A stretch of 60,905 bases of DNA from Candidatus Babelota bacterium (GCA_049325595.1 JBMOLF010000017.1:1-60905); one strand, 5' to 3'. Positions 30,969 to 41,725 are shown, counted from the first letter of the stretch. Translations and numbers: made by a program. The notes: generated by a model not told the origin, from the letters alone.

Positions 30969-31326
30969 GCAATTCTTCAGAAACATGCCATTTTATTTCC
31001 GGTTTTTCTTTAATTGCAACGCGGCGCACTTTGATAGGCGCTGCTTTGCGTGCTATTTTTGGTGTTTTAATTACTACTAAAGGTCGTGCTTCATGATAAT
31101 GTCCACAACGGGTACATTTACCACGATCATCTAGAAGACCATATTTTTCACAAGGGCACGTACATGGGTACACGCGGCCATCATATACATGTTTTACTAG
31201 GCGGTAATTTTTTGAGTCATACCATTCATTAATGTCTTCGTTTTTATTGCTTAAACAATCTATTGCTGCATAACCTACGTTAACAAATAAATTTGATACT
31301 AATATGAAGTAATATAATAATTTCAT
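30955..31326 (-). CDS. Small Cys-rich secreted protein
   Basis: Signal peptide; CTCPC...KCTRCGHYH. Confidence 0.65.
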   Translation of the reverse strand: MKLLYYFILVSNLFVNVGYAAIDCLSNKNEDINEWYDSKNYRLVKHVYDGRVYPCTCPCEKYGLLDDRGKCTRCGHYHEARPLVVIKTPKIARKAAPIKVRRVAIKEKPEIKWHVSEELPIFQ

Positions 31327-31520
31327 ATGCCATCCTCGGTAGTAAATTGATGAGGGTTATCTAATGGAGTTGCTTGGTCAACTGAAAATAATTGATCTTC
31401 AGGAAATGTTTGTAGAAAAAAGGGAGGGCTTTCTTTGCTAAAATGTTCAGGGCAGGTTGGACAACTCTTGCTAATTAAAGAAAGTGTGCTCAATAAAAAC
31501 AAAAATAGTTTTTGATACAT
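31323..31520 (-). CDS. Small secreted protein with CxxC
   Basis: AGGAG RBS before MYQKL; SCPTCPEH; ATGA overlap with the next gene. Confidence 0.6.
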   Translation of the reverse strand: MYQKLFLFLLSTLSLISKSCPTCPEHFSKESPPFFLQTFPEDQLFSVDQATPLDNPHQFTTEDGI

Positions 31521-31722
31521 AGAACTCTCCTTTTTTGTGTACACACCGATCATACCAAAAAAGATTTTCAGATTGCAATATATAAATGCGGTAAAACAAA
31601 TACATTAATTGTTTTTTGCTTTTTATTAAGCTCATTATTTTAAATTATCAATATTCTTGATGGGGGCATAATCTTTTTATTATATTATTATTAATAGAAA
31701 ATTAAAAAAGGTAGAGATTACT

Positions 31723-32241
31723 ATGAAGATATTTGGTAAGATATGGCTTTTTTGTTGTATTATTTCACCATGTTGCGTAGCAAAACAATTTAATTATTCA
31801 TTTGCTATACATTTTGAGGATGGAAAAAAAGAATCTATATCATTACCGATTTATGATGGAACTATTACTTTTACTACTAGAGATATTTATGAAGCGCAAC
31901 GTGCTGCCGTTGCCTATGCAGCTGATATTCGTGATTCGATCCAAGACATTTTGACCATTTTTCGTAATGGCTTACAATTGAATTCATCTATAAGAACCCC
32001 TGATATAATTGCTAAGCAGTTGCCATTAATAGTACGATTTCAACCATTGGTGCATATTCTAATCAAACATAAAATACCACAAGTGGTATCTAAAGAAATT
32101 GACAAAAGAGCGCTTAAGGCTATGGCGAGTTTGAGTAATCCTCAGAAATATCCAGTAGAACAGTTACGGCAACAAATAGAATCATTGCAACCAATTCATT
32201 GGAATATTGTCCTCAAGCACTCATTGTCTGAAACTTTATAA
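31723..32241 (+). CDS. Secreted hypothetical protein
   Basis: 172-aa ORF with signal-like start. Confidence 0.65.
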   Translation: MKIFGKIWLFCCIISPCCVAKQFNYSFAIHFEDGKKESISLPIYDGTITFTTRDIYEAQRAAVAYAADIRDSIQDILTIFRNGLQLNSSIRTPDIIAKQLPLIVRFQPLVHILIKHKIPQVVSKEIDKRALKAMASLSNPQKYPVEQLRQQIESLQPIHWNIVLKHSLSETL

Positions 32242-33153
32242 GTGATGAAAAATATTTTTTGCTTTATTAAGTAATCGTACATCGGTGGAATGAAGTTCAG
32301 ATATAAAATCACGAATATGCGGTGCATAAGTAGGATCTTGTAATGCAAGGCCTATTATTGCCTTAATCCATCCTACCGGGGTACCCACATCATAACGTGT
32401 TCCTTGAACTTTATAAGCAAAAACCTTTTCATTATTTTTTATCATTTGGCTTATGCCGTCAGTCAGTTGCAATTCTCCGGTTGCATAACGACCGACTTCA
32501 TCTAAAGCAGGGAATATTTTATGAGAGAGAACATAGCGTCCAATCACTGCTAAGTTTGACGGCGCATCTTTTTGTTGTGGTTTTTCAACAAGGTTTGCAA
32601 TCTGAAAAAGAGAACCACTAATTTGTTTTTTTACCGAAATTATGCCATATGATGAAACGCATTCGTTTGGTACTTCTTGAATAGCGATGACGCTTGCTTT
32701 TTCTTGCAATGCAATTTGCATTAGTTGGGCAAGAGCCGGTGTTTTGTTAATAATAATGTCATCAGGAAGCATAATACCAAAATATTCTTTACCTATTGAA
32801 TGGCGTGCCATCCAAACTGCATGACCAAGGCCAAGTGGCTCAGTTTGTCTGATATAAGTAAATTCTGCTGCTTTAATAATTTTTTCAATACTTTGAATAA
32901 GATCTAACTTATTCTTTTCTTTTAAAAATTGTGATAATTCTGGTGCTACATCAAAATGGTCGGCAATTGCTTGCTTATGACGACTGGTGATCATCAAAAA
33001 GTTTTTAATATTGGATCCCAAGCCCTCTTCTACAATATATTGTATAGCAGGCTTGTTAAGCAGCGCTAACATCTCTTTAGGAATAGCGGCAGTATAAGGT
33101 AAAAACCGCGTTCCCATGCCAGCTGCAGGAATTATCGCTTTGGTAATGTCCAT
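32236..33153 (-). CDS. galU: UTP-glucose-1-phosphate uridylyltransferase
   Basis: KAIIPAAGMGTRFLP, PKEML, GLGHAV, LVEKP, ELQLTD. Confidence 0.95.
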   Translation of the reverse strand: MDITKAIIPAAGMGTRFLPYTAAIPKEMLALLNKPAIQYIVEEGLGSNIKNFLMITSRHKQAIADHFDVAPELSQFLKEKNKLDLIQSIEKIIKAAEFTYIRQTEPLGLGHAVWMARHSIGKEYFGIMLPDDIIINKTPALAQLMQIALQEKASVIAIQEVPNECVSSYGIISVKKQISGSLFQIANLVEKPQQKDAPSNLAVIGRYVLSHKIFPALDEVGRYATGELQLTDGISQMIKNNEKVFAYKVQGTRYDVGTPVGWIKAIIGLALQDPTYAPHIRDFISELHSTDVRLLNKAKNIFHHL

Positions 33154-33178
33154 TCACTCTCCTTATGTCAGTTGAGTG

Positions 33179-34204
33179 TTAAAATTGGTTAAGAAATTCT
33201 ATTTTACTGCTATGGAATAAACGAATATCTTGAATTCCATATTTAATCATAGCCAATCTTTCAAGACCCATTCCAAAAGCAAAACCTGAGTATGTGTTAG
33301 GGTCAATTCCACCGCATTTTAAAACATTCGGATGGATAAGTCCAGCTCCGAGCAATTCAATCCACCGAGTTTTTTTACACGCTGAACATCCTGAATTGCA
33401 AAATGGGCATGATGCATCAATTTCAAGGCCGGGTTCAACAAAAGGGAAGTAGCCAGGTCTTACTCGTATGGTAAGGTCTTTTTTCTCAAATACTTCTTGT
33501 AAAAAAGTTTTTGCAGTGGCAAGTAAGTGAGAAATAGTAATATTTTTATCTATCAACATACACTCAAGCTGAGTGAACATAAAGTCATGAGTGGCATCAG
33601 TTGCTTCATTGCGGTAACATCTACCCGGTGCTACTACCGCAATTGGTGGTTTTTGCTGTTCCATGGTATGAATTTGCACGGTAGATGTATGAGTGCGTAA
33701 TAACATGTCGGGCAAAGTAAGCCAAAAAGTATCATGTAGCTCTCGTGCTGGATGGTTATCGGGTATGTTTAAGGCTGAAAAGTTATAGTAATTAGTTTCT
33801 ACTTCAGGACCTGTTGCAACTTGATACCCCATAGAAATAAATATATTTTCTAGTTTTTCAATAAGCTGGGTATACAGATGAAGAGTGCCGCGAGGTGCTA
33901 GTGGCTTGTAAGCAGTTACATCAAAGTTTTGTTGTTGAAGTAATTTTTTTTGAATTTCTTCTTCTTTTAGCGCCTCATTTTTAGCAACAAGAGACTGTTG
34001 AATAAAGTCACGAAGTTCATTTACTTGAGGGCCAACTATTCTTTTTTCTTCGGTGGTTAATCCCTTAAGACGTGCCATTAATTCATTTATTTTACCTTGA
34101 CGCCCTAAATAGACAACTCGTATTTGTTCAACACCTTGCAAGGAAGAACTAGCGGCAAGCTCTTGGTTAAATGAATCTTTTATCTTTTGAATCTCTTGTA
34201 ACAT
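33179..34204 (-). CDS. pheS: Phenylalanine-tRNA ligase alpha subunit
   Basis: HPAR..HDTF, LLRTHTS, YFPFVEP, GFAFGMGLER. Confidence 0.97.
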   Translation of the reverse strand: MLQEIQKIKDSFNQELAASSSLQGVEQIRVVYLGRQGKINELMARLKGLTTEEKRIVGPQVNELRDFIQQSLVAKNEALKEEEIQKKLLQQQNFDVTAYKPLAPRGTLHLYTQLIEKLENIFISMGYQVATGPEVETNYYNFSALNIPDNHPARELHDTFWLTLPDMLLRTHTSTVQIHTMEQQKPPIAVVAPGRCYRNEATDATHDFMFTQLECMLIDKNITISHLLATAKTFLQEVFEKKDLTIRVRPGYFPFVEPGLEIDASCPFCNSGCSACKKTRWIELLGAGLIHPNVLKCGGIDPNTYSGFAFGMGLERLAMIKYGIQDIRLFHSSKIEFLNQF

Positions 34205-34302
34205 ATATTTGTTTTTCCCAGTTTGCTAAAGAGAACTTTTTTTGATAAGCGTATCAGAGCTTTACCAGGTTGGCAAATCTGTAAAATGGCTACGTTTTTA
34301 TA

Positions 34303-34330
34303 TTGACAAAATAAGTAGAACAGATACAAT
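34303..34330 (+). promoter_or_regulatory. Sigma70 promoter for tRNA-Phe
   Basis: TTGACA (34303)-16 nt-TACAAT (34325). Confidence 0.75.
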
Positions 34331-34362
34331 CAAGATATCTTTTTTGACTTTTCTTCTTATAT

Positions 34363-34437
34363 GCCGGGGTAGCTCAGTGGTAGAGCGAGAGCCTGAAGAG
34401 CTCTGCGTCGTTGGTTCGATTCCGACCCTCGGCACCA
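34363..34437 (+). tRNA. tRNA-Phe (GAA)
   Basis: Cloverleaf GCCGGGG...CCTCGGCACCA; anticodon arm AGAGC-CTGAAGA-GCTCT; GTTCGAT T-loop. Confidence 0.97.
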
Positions 34438-34602
34438 TTTTTTTATAAATTCCTACAAATTTATTATTCTTCTCTATATTTTTTTTAAAAGATAGCTCTA
34501 ATAAAGCCGATTATGACTAAAATTCTATCAATCGATAGAGTAAATGAAGCAACTTAGATATAATTTCGGTACATTATGGAGTTTTAATATAAAAGGAGTG
34601 GT

Positions 34603-35094
34603 ATGATTAAATTTTCCTATATTTTATTGTTATCAACATTTTTCTCTACTATTTATTCGATGGAACCAGATGTTATTATAGCATCTGCACGAGACTCGTT
34701 AACTAATTCTGAAGATAGCGGGACCAATAGTCCTTTAAGAGATGTTATAAGTAGCTCGATAGAAAGTGATAGTCCAGAACAAACACCGCGTTCTCCAGAA
34801 AATCAAGGTCTTAAAGGCTCTGCAGAATATAAAAAAATAATAGGAGTAAAAAAACGAATAAATCTGAATAATGGGCAAGAAAAAGAAATTCATTCTTCTT
34901 CTCCAGAAGCAGATCACGAAAAATTTATTATTTTACATCGACTCCTAAAATCACCAGCTAACAAAAAATATGCCGCGGCTATCTTTGCAGAAGAAAATGA
35001 TCTTCATCCTAATGGTATGCTGGAATATTTAGAAAAAAAAGGTGTTTATACTCCAGATAATACTTTAACTATGAAAGAATCACAAAAAATTTAA
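34603..35094 (+). CDS. Secreted Ser/Pro-rich hypothetical protein
   Basis: AGGAG RBS; signal ending IYS-ME; several SP/TP dipeptides. Confidence 0.7.
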   Translation: MIKFSYILLLSTFFSTIYSMEPDVIIASARDSLTNSEDSGTNSPLRDVISSSIESDSPEQTPRSPENQGLKGSAEYKKIIGVKKRINLNNGQEKEIHSSSPEADHEKFIILHRLLKSPANKKYAAAIFAEENDLHPNGMLEYLEKKGVYTPDNTLTMKESQKI

Positions 35095-35223
35095 ATATTT
35101 ACCTGATTAAATGTTTTACTGCTATTAATTATATATTGATTTTATTAACTCAGAATGGTTCAATAACCCTAAATAAAGATTAGTAAAATCTAGTAAGTAT
35201 GATAGCAAAAAAAAGGTATTGAA

Positions 35224-35901
35224 ATGAGGCAGGTATCATCTGACAAATATACCATTGCATGGTTTAAATTGGCTGAATGTGTAGCGCGGGGTGAGCGAGA
35301 AAAAGCATTGGGAGTTTATCGTCTTCTATCACATTCAATAGATGATCCTGCTTATACTTTACAATTAGAAGCTGATATTTTGTGGACTTTTAATGATTAC
35401 GAGACGGCAATTTCCAAATATCATGAATCTGCTGTAATGTACAAAGCTCAACAAAAATATTCACAAGCTTTTAGCGTATGGGAACAAATACTATTGTTAG
35501 TTCCTGATCATATTCCTACCTTAGAGACAGTAGTCGCATTAAGTTTAGAATTAAAAGAATATACTAAACTAAAAAGCTATAGTGAATTGCTGTATCAAGT
35601 CTATGAAACACAGCACTCTTATGAAAAGCTTATTAATTTGGTAGAAACAATAGAACCATATATTTCTCTTTCAGAACAAATTACTTGGTATCGCAAAACA
35701 GTGCTATTAGTTATTCATCAAATACCTGAAGCAACAGAAATGGTTAATAAAATCTTACGTAAAACAATAGATCTTATACATCGTGACAATTCAGAACAGC
35801 TTTCTTTATTTGTATCTACCATTAAGTCAATAAGCGAGCGTTATTATCAAGAGACGGTGTGGTACTTGCAAGTAATTTCACCATCAGATAAAACGATTTA
35901 A
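35224..35901 (+). CDS. Helical, TPR-like hypothetical protein
   Basis: AWFKLAE...EKALGVY, YETAISKY, YSQAFSVWEQIL...PD patterns. Confidence 0.65.
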   Translation: MRQVSSDKYTIAWFKLAECVARGEREKALGVYRLLSHSIDDPAYTLQLEADILWTFNDYETAISKYHESAVMYKAQQKYSQAFSVWEQILLLVPDHIPTLETVVALSLELKEYTKLKSYSELLYQVYETQHSYEKLINLVETIEPYISLSEQITWYRKTVLLVIHQIPEATEMVNKILRKTIDLIHRDNSEQLSLFVSTIKSISERYYQETVWYLQVISPSDKTI

Positions 35902-36831
35902 TTATTTTTTAGAAGTAATGTTTTGCCACAGTGATTGCAGTATGGTGATTGAATTAATAAGGTGTTTCTGTTCTTCTTTATTTATAAATAGTGGTAAAAT
36001 TTGTTCTATACCTGTTGCGCTCACAACACAAGGAACACTGTAGCATACATCAGATTTTTTTTCGTAAACCGAAACTGGAATGACTTTTTTCTGATCAAAA
36101 ATAATCATCTTGCAAATATCAGCAATGCAGGTAGCAATTCCATAAAAAGTAGAACCTTTACATTTTATAATTTCATACGCTCGGTTACGGACTTGGTGTG
36201 CTAAATTAACAAATTCTTGATAATTAAACTGCGGTAAGAGTGATAGGGGAATACTATTAATCATGGCTGTAGACCATGCAACAAATTGTGAGTCGCCATG
36301 TTCACCATAAATATCGACCTGAACAGATTGTGGCGATACCTGTAAATAGTTACCAATAAATTGCCTTAATCTCATAGAATCTAAATAAGTTCCTGAACCA
36401 AATACCTGTTGATTGGGTAATTTGCTTATTTCAAGAGCATAACGTGTAAGAATATCTACCGGATTAGTTACCATGATTAATATGGTCGAAGATGGTAACG
36501 GTAGTAATGGGCGAATAATATTTTTAATTATTTTTTGATTAGTTTCTAACAGAGCATGGCGGCTTTGACCGGGCTCTTGTTTTTTTCCTGCTGCAATAAT
36601 GATAATATCAGCAGTTTGTATTTCTTTTAGCGTGCCTACGTGAATAGTTGTTGAGCTTGTATTAAAGGGTAAAGCATCTGAAAGATCAAGAAATTCACCA
36701 TGACATCGTGCTTTATCAATATCAACTAAAAAAATATCTGCCGGTATATTGTTGGTAATAAGACTATATGCAATAGTGGTGCCAACAGCCCCAGCGCCAA
36801 CAATTCCTATCTTTTTCTTCATACTACTCAT
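35902..36831 (-). CDS. ldh: L-lactate dehydrogenase
   Basis: IVGAGAVG, Gln in the specificity loop (AGKKQEPGQSR), VTNPVD, GEHGDSQ, KGSTFYGIA. Confidence 0.9.
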   Translation of the reverse strand: MSSMKKKIGIVGAGAVGTTIAYSLITNNIPADIFLVDIDKARCHGEFLDLSDALPFNTSSTTIHVGTLKEIQTADIIIIAAGKKQEPGQSRHALLETNQKIIKNIIRPLLPLPSSTILIMVTNPVDILTRYALEISKLPNQQVFGSGTYLDSMRLRQFIGNYLQVSPQSVQVDIYGEHGDSQFVAWSTAMINSIPLSLLPQFNYQEFVNLAHQVRNRAYEIIKCKGSTFYGIATCIADICKMIIFDQKKVIPVSVYEKKSDVCYSVPCVVSATGIEQILPLFINKEEQKHLINSITILQSLWQNITSKK

Positions 36832-36845
36832 CCACTATAAGAATA

Positions 36846-39800
36846 TTAGAGCATTATACGCACTTGGATACCAAATTGTTCTTCTATAGTATTAAGCAAA
36901 GGTATATCAAAGGTAAAGAACTCTTTAGGCGCAAGCCGTAATCTCTTATTGTTATCATTAAAAATAAAATGAAGAGGCTTATTGCCTGCGGGCAATAATG
37001 ATTTAAGATTGGTTAACATTTCATCATTAATAAGTTCAGGCATAACAAGAGAAATCTGCAAAGGGGAGCCCCATTCTTGTAAAACAAGATCAATAGGAAT
37101 AAGATCGTTTGCCTTAATTTTGCATTTTTGAGTTGAGGTAAGATCTATTCCGCCTCTGACTATGAAAATATGATGAGAATCCAGCCACTGTTCAACCTTT
37201 TTAAACGTTGAAGGAAATAAAATTATTTCAGCTGAACTGCTCATGTCTTCTAGTTGTAAAAAAGCCATCCTATCACCTTTTTTAGTGATGATCTCTTTAC
37301 GCTCTTTTACAATACCGCATGCAATAGTAGTAACTTCTTGAGACGAAGATTGAGATGAGCGTTTGAGTGCCTGCTCAAATGATTCTATAGTGATCCATGA
37401 AAATAATTTTTTATAACTCTCTAGAGGATGTGCGCTTAAATAGAAACCTACGACTTCTTTTTCTTTTTCTAGTTTTTCTTTGTCATTCCACTCTGGTAGT
37501 GGTGCAAAAGCATAATCCTGCGACTCTGATGATTCTGTATGCGGATTAAGTCCAAATAAGCCCAATTGTCCGGTCGCTTGCGTTTTTTTATACTCAGTTG
37601 CTTGATCAATAATTTTTTCTAATTCAGCAGCTTTTTGGGCACGATTGCCTGGTAAACAGTCAAAAGCACCGGCAAAAATAAGATGCTCGATTACTCGTTT
37701 GTTAGAAGTACGTAAATCAATGCGCTTACAAAAATCAAACAGATCTTTAAAAGGTGATTTGTTGCGCTCAGCAATAATATTTTCAAGTGATGCTAAACCA
37801 ACGTTCTTAATTCCTTGGAGTCCAAATAAAATCTTGCCATCAACAACGCTAAATTCGATTTGTGATTGGTTAATTGACGGTGGTACAATAGCAATGCCTA
37901 AATCTTTTGCTTCTTGTAGATAAAAAGCCATATTTTCTGCATTAGTTGCTTCAAGCGAAATTAAGCATGCCATAAACTCTGCTTGATAATGGCTTTTTAA
38001 ATAGGCAGTTTGATAGGCTATTAAAGCGTATGCCGCTGAGTGTGATTTATTAAAACCATACCCGGCAAAATAAGCCATTAAATCAAAAAGTTCAGTAGCC
38101 TTTTTTGCATCAAATCCACGAGCAATAGCTTTTTCGGTAAAAATGGCTTGTTGTTTTGCCATTTCTTCGGCCTTCTTTTTACCCATTGCACGGCGTAGAA
38201 TATCTGATTCGCCTAAGGAATATCCTGCAATAGCTGATGCAATTTTCATTACTTGTTCTTGATAAACAATAACGCCATAAGTTTCTTGTAAAACTGGTTC
38301 TAGCTCGGGGAACAAATAATGTATTTTTTGTCGGCCATGTCGTCGCTCTATAAAGTCGTCAACCATCCCCGAACCTAATGGTCCTGGACGGTATAATGCG
38401 TTTACCGCAATAATATCTTCAAATTTTTCAGGTTTTAATTTGCGCAATACTTCTTTTAGTCCGTCAGATTCAAGCTGGAATACGCCAGAGGTTTTGCCTT
38501 CACCGATTAATGCAAATGTTTTTGGATCATCAAGAGGTATCTTGTTAATATCGATGACAACGCCATAATTTTTTTCAATAAGACGAATTACCCGATCAAT
38601 AAGTGTTAAGTTTTTAAGGCCCAAAAGATCCATTTTTAAAAAGCCAAGACTTTCTAATTCTGTCATGGCATATTGCGTTACAATATCAGTTGATTTGGGT
38701 GGTACGTAAATAGGCAATACCTGATCAATTGGTTCTGGTGAAATTACAATACCAGCAGCATGTTTTGAAGCATGTCTGGTTAACCCTTCAAGGCGCAAGG
38801 CTACATCAAATAATTTTTGCGCTTTTGGATTACTTTCGATTAATTCTTTAAGGCGCGGTTCTTGCTCTAGTGCTTCTTTAAGGGTGATTTTTAACTGGTC
38901 GGGAATTAAGTTAGTTATCGCATTAGAATCTTCAAAAGCAAAACCAAGAGCACGTGCAACATCTTTAATAGCGCCTTTTGCCATCATGGTACCAAAGGTA
39001 ATGATTTGGCCAACTTTATCATGGCCATACTTTTCACGCACGTAATTTATAACGCGCTCACGACCCTCGATGCAAAAATCGATATCGATATCAGGCATGC
39101 TGATACGTTCAGGATTTAAAAAGCGCTCAAAGAGCAAATTATATTTTATTGGATCAACATCGGTGATTTGTAATGCCCATGCAACGAGTGATCCAGCAGC
39201 AGATCCTCTGCCCGGTCCTACTGGAATTTTATTGCGTTTAGACCATTGAATAAAATCACTTACCACTAAAAAATAACCGATGAATCCCATTTTGGTAATA
39301 AGATCAACCTCAATGGTAAGGCGCTGCAAATATTCATCTTTTTTTTCAACGGGAATGCGTTCTTGGGCAACTAACTCATCAAATCCTTGACGACAAATAT
39401 GAGCAAAATAGGTCTCTTGGTTATGTTCAGCAGGAAGCTGAAATTGAGGGAAAAATAATTTACCGGTTTGAAAATCGAATGTGCATCGGTCAGCAATAGC
39501 TCCCGTATTCCATACGGCATCAGGATGGTCTTTGAAGATAGTAAGCATTTCATCTTGGGTTCGCATATGCACACGACACTCACCAAATGTGTAGCGATCA
39601 GGATTGCTCATTTTATCATGTGTTTGAATTGCAAGCATAATTTCATGTGCTTCATGGTCGTGGGGAGAAACGTAATGGCAATCACCCGTAGCAACTAAGG
39701 GAACTCCTTTGCGAGCTGCCCAATCATATAATTTTTTATTTAAAATCGCTTGTTCTTTTTGATCTTCTGGTTGTACTTCTAGATAAAAACGTTCTTCGCC

Positions 39801-40292
39801 AAAAGTGTGTAAAAACCAATCAATACGTTTTTCAGCTTCTACTTCATTGTTGTTCATTAATAATGAAGGAATGTGGCCACCAAGACATGCTGAAGTTGCA
39901 ATAAGACCTTGTGAATATTCTTTAAGCACAGCGTAATCGATACGCGGTTTAAAATAAAAACCTTTTTGATATGAAAATGAGATCAACTTACACAAGTTGC
40001 GGTAGCCAATTTCATTTTCTACCATTAACAACAAGTGATAATATTTTTTTTCCGCTGATTTAATAGAAACATCTTCAGTGAGATATGCTTCCATGCCAAG
40101 CACCGGTTTAATACCAGCTTTTTTACTTTTTTGAAAAAATTTTACCGCACCAAAAATATTACCATGATCACTGATAGCAAGAGATTTCATCTGATGAGTT
40201 TTGCCAAATTCGACCAAACGATCAATTGAAATTGCGCCATCAAGCAATGAAAAATCGGTATGTAAATGTAAGTGCGTAAAATGTTTAGACAT
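36846..40292 (-). CDS. dnaE: DNA polymerase III alpha subunit
   Basis: PHP HLHLHTDFSLLDG, GPGRGSAAGSL, MPDIDIDF, YGFNKSH. Likely start MSKHF at 40292; no intein seen. Confidence 0.97.
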   Translation of the reverse strand: MSKHFTHLHLHTDFSLLDGAISIDRLVEFGKTHQMKSLAISDHGNIFGAVKFFQKSKKAGIKPVLGMEAYLTEDVSIKSAEKKYYHLLLMVENEIGYRNLCKLISFSYQKGFYFKPRIDYAVLKEYSQGLIATSACLGGHIPSLLMNNNEVEAEKRIDWFLHTFGEERFYLEVQPEDQKEQAILNKKLYDWAARKGVPLVATGDCHYVSPHDHEAHEIMLAIQTHDKMSNPDRYTFGECRVHMRTQDEMLTIFKDHPDAVWNTGAIADRCTFDFQTGKLFFPQFQLPAEHNQETYFAHICRQGFDELVAQERIPVEKKDEYLQRLTIEVDLITKMGFIGYFLVVSDFIQWSKRNKIPVGPGRGSAAGSLVAWALQITDVDPIKYNLLFERFLNPERISMPDIDIDFCIEGRERVINYVREKYGHDKVGQIITFGTMMAKGAIKDVARALGFAFEDSNAITNLIPDQLKITLKEALEQEPRLKELIESNPKAQKLFDVALRLEGLTRHASKHAAGIVISPEPIDQVLPIYVPPKSTDIVTQYAMTELESLGFLKMDLLGLKNLTLIDRVIRLIEKNYGVVIDINKIPLDDPKTFALIGEGKTSGVFQLESDGLKEVLRKLKPEKFEDIIAVNALYRPGPLGSGMVDDFIERRHGRQKIHYLFPELEPVLQETYGVIVYQEQVMKIASAIAGYSLGESDILRRAMGKKKAEEMAKQQAIFTEKAIARGFDAKKATELFDLMAYFAGYGFNKSHSAAYALIAYQTAYLKSHYQAEFMACLISLEATNAENMAFYLQEAKDLGIAIVPPSINQSQIEFSVVDGKILFGLQGIKNVGLASLENIIAERNKSPFKDLFDFCKRIDLRTSNKRVIEHLIFAGAFDCLPGNRAQKAAELEKIIDQATEYKKTQATGQLGLFGLNPHTESSESQDYAFAPLPEWNDKEKLEKEKEVVGFYLSAHPLESYKKLFSWITIESFEQALKRSSQSSSQEVTTIACGIVKERKEIITKKGDRMAFLQLEDMSSSAEIILFPSTFKKVEQWLDSHHIFIVRGGIDLTSTQKCKIKANDLIPIDLVLQEWGSPLQISLVMPELINDEMLTNLKSLLPAGNKPLHFIFNDNNKRLRLAPKEFFTFDIPLLNTIEEQFGIQVRIML

Positions 40293-40438
40293 TGTCCGGG
40301 TGTCCTGGGATTGATTTTTAGCAGGGTAAAAGTATTTAGTTAGTTTACTATTTTTATAAAAATAATATATATGATCAATAAACAAAAAAATCAAAAAAAA
40401 CGCCAAGAAATGGCGCTCTTTTTTTAATTTTATATTTT

Positions 40439-41725
40439 TTAGTAACTATACAACAAATAGAGATTGCCTACTGCTCCATATTCTTCTTTTACGCTATCAA
40501 GAGCTTGGTTGATAGTAATAGAACAATTTTTGAGTGGAATTAATTGTTTTAGAGTTAATTTTCTTCCGTATGACAAATCTGCCATCAAGGTGATATAAGA
40601 TTCGATAAAATCTATCTGAGAAGGGCTTGATACAAGCCAATTAAAAGAGACAATACCACTATTGTAATCATATATAATTTTATCTTTTAACGGTAAATTA
40701 GAAATATACTGGCTCAATGCTGCACTGAGCAACACCTCTTCCCAACGACTGCGTGCGTTGCCAACAAATTGAACTGACAAATAACATTCGTTAGATTGGG
40801 TATCAAGTATAATTTGCATAGTTGAACTGTGATTGCGCAAAGGCATATTGTACATAATTTCAATTGTTTGTTGGCTGAATCGTAATCCGATTCGTTTTGG
40901 TTGTAAGCGATGTCCAATCAATCCATGAGCATTGGGTGCAAAACTCGAGCTTTCAATTTTTTCTATTAATTTTTTTGCTACAAGAGGAAGGGTAAGAATG
41001 TGCTCGAGTGATTGTTCTTTTAATGTTTCATTAAATAAGGCAGCAATAACAGTAAGTGAGTTTTGATGAACTAACATAAAAATATCTTCAAGGGTTACTG
41101 GGTAATGTCTTTCAAATGCAGTAGCGCTGCCAAGCACTGCTGCTTGTACGGCAAATGTTGAAGATTTTTTAAACTCTGTATCAAAAGCAGGTTTACCTTC
41201 TTTTCTGTCTATAAAATATTTAATCTTGCTTACATAGTAAGCTAGTGACCATTCACGATGATATGTAATTGAATCATAAGCCATTAGCTGTTGAGACCAA
41301 CAAGCAAATAAATCAAAAAAACGTTTTATCATGTGTTGCATGTGTCTGTATTTGATCTCCTGGTCAAACATATTTGATGCTTTAACCATCTTGATAGATG
41401 CATCAATTGTATCAACAGCGGTGCGCATAATCTCGCATGCAACTCGTTTTTGAAAAAGAGATGCCGTTTTATAATGAATTATAAATGAGTTTTTCTGCAA
41501 ATTGCTGGTAAGGTACGTAATAACTTTATCTAATTTTTTCCAACTTGATGCATATGAACTTGGTGAATTAAATTGTTGTAGTGCGGCATTAATTTTTTTT
41601 AGTTGTTGATGTATATCATTCAAGTTAGCTATGAATAATTGTTTTTCAAATAATGTATTATCATGAGCAGTTATAGATGATAAGGAAATTACCATACATA
41701 GGATTATAGATTTAATTTTTAACAT
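40439..41725 (-). CDS. Secreted hypothetical protein, partner of the dikinase-like gene
   Basis: Own AGGA RBS and signal peptide MLKIKSIILCMVISLSSITA; overlaps the upstream gene by 7 nt. Confidence 0.75.
   Translation of the reverse strand: MLKIKSIILCMVISLSSITAHDNTLFEKQLFIANLNDIHQQLKKINAALQQFNSPSSYASSWKKLDKVITYLTSNLQKNSFIIHYKTASLFQKRVACEIMRTAVDTIDASIKMVKASNMFDQEIKYRHMQHMIKRFFDLFACWSQQLMAYDSITYHREWSLAYYVSKIKYFIDRKEGKPAFDTEFKKSSTFAVQAAVLGSATAFERHYPVTLEDIFMLVHQNSLTVIAALFNETLKEQSLEHILTLPLVAKKLIEKIESSSFAPNAHGLIGHRLQPKRIGLRFSQQTIEIMYNMPLRNHSSTMQIILDTQSNECYLSVQFVGNARSRWEEVLLSAALSQYISNLPLKDKIIYDYNSGIVSFNWLVSSPSQIDFIESYITLMADLSYGRKLTLKQLIPLKNCSITINQALDSVKEEYGAVGNLYLLYSY

Noticed and set aside
34242..34448. 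68-aa ORF from the track
   Set aside because: It overlaps the promoter and tRNA-Phe, so it is spurious.
41719..41725. Dikinase-like gene and partner as one frameshifted gene
   Set aside because: The second ORF has its own AGGA RBS and signal peptide, so two genes are more parsimonious.
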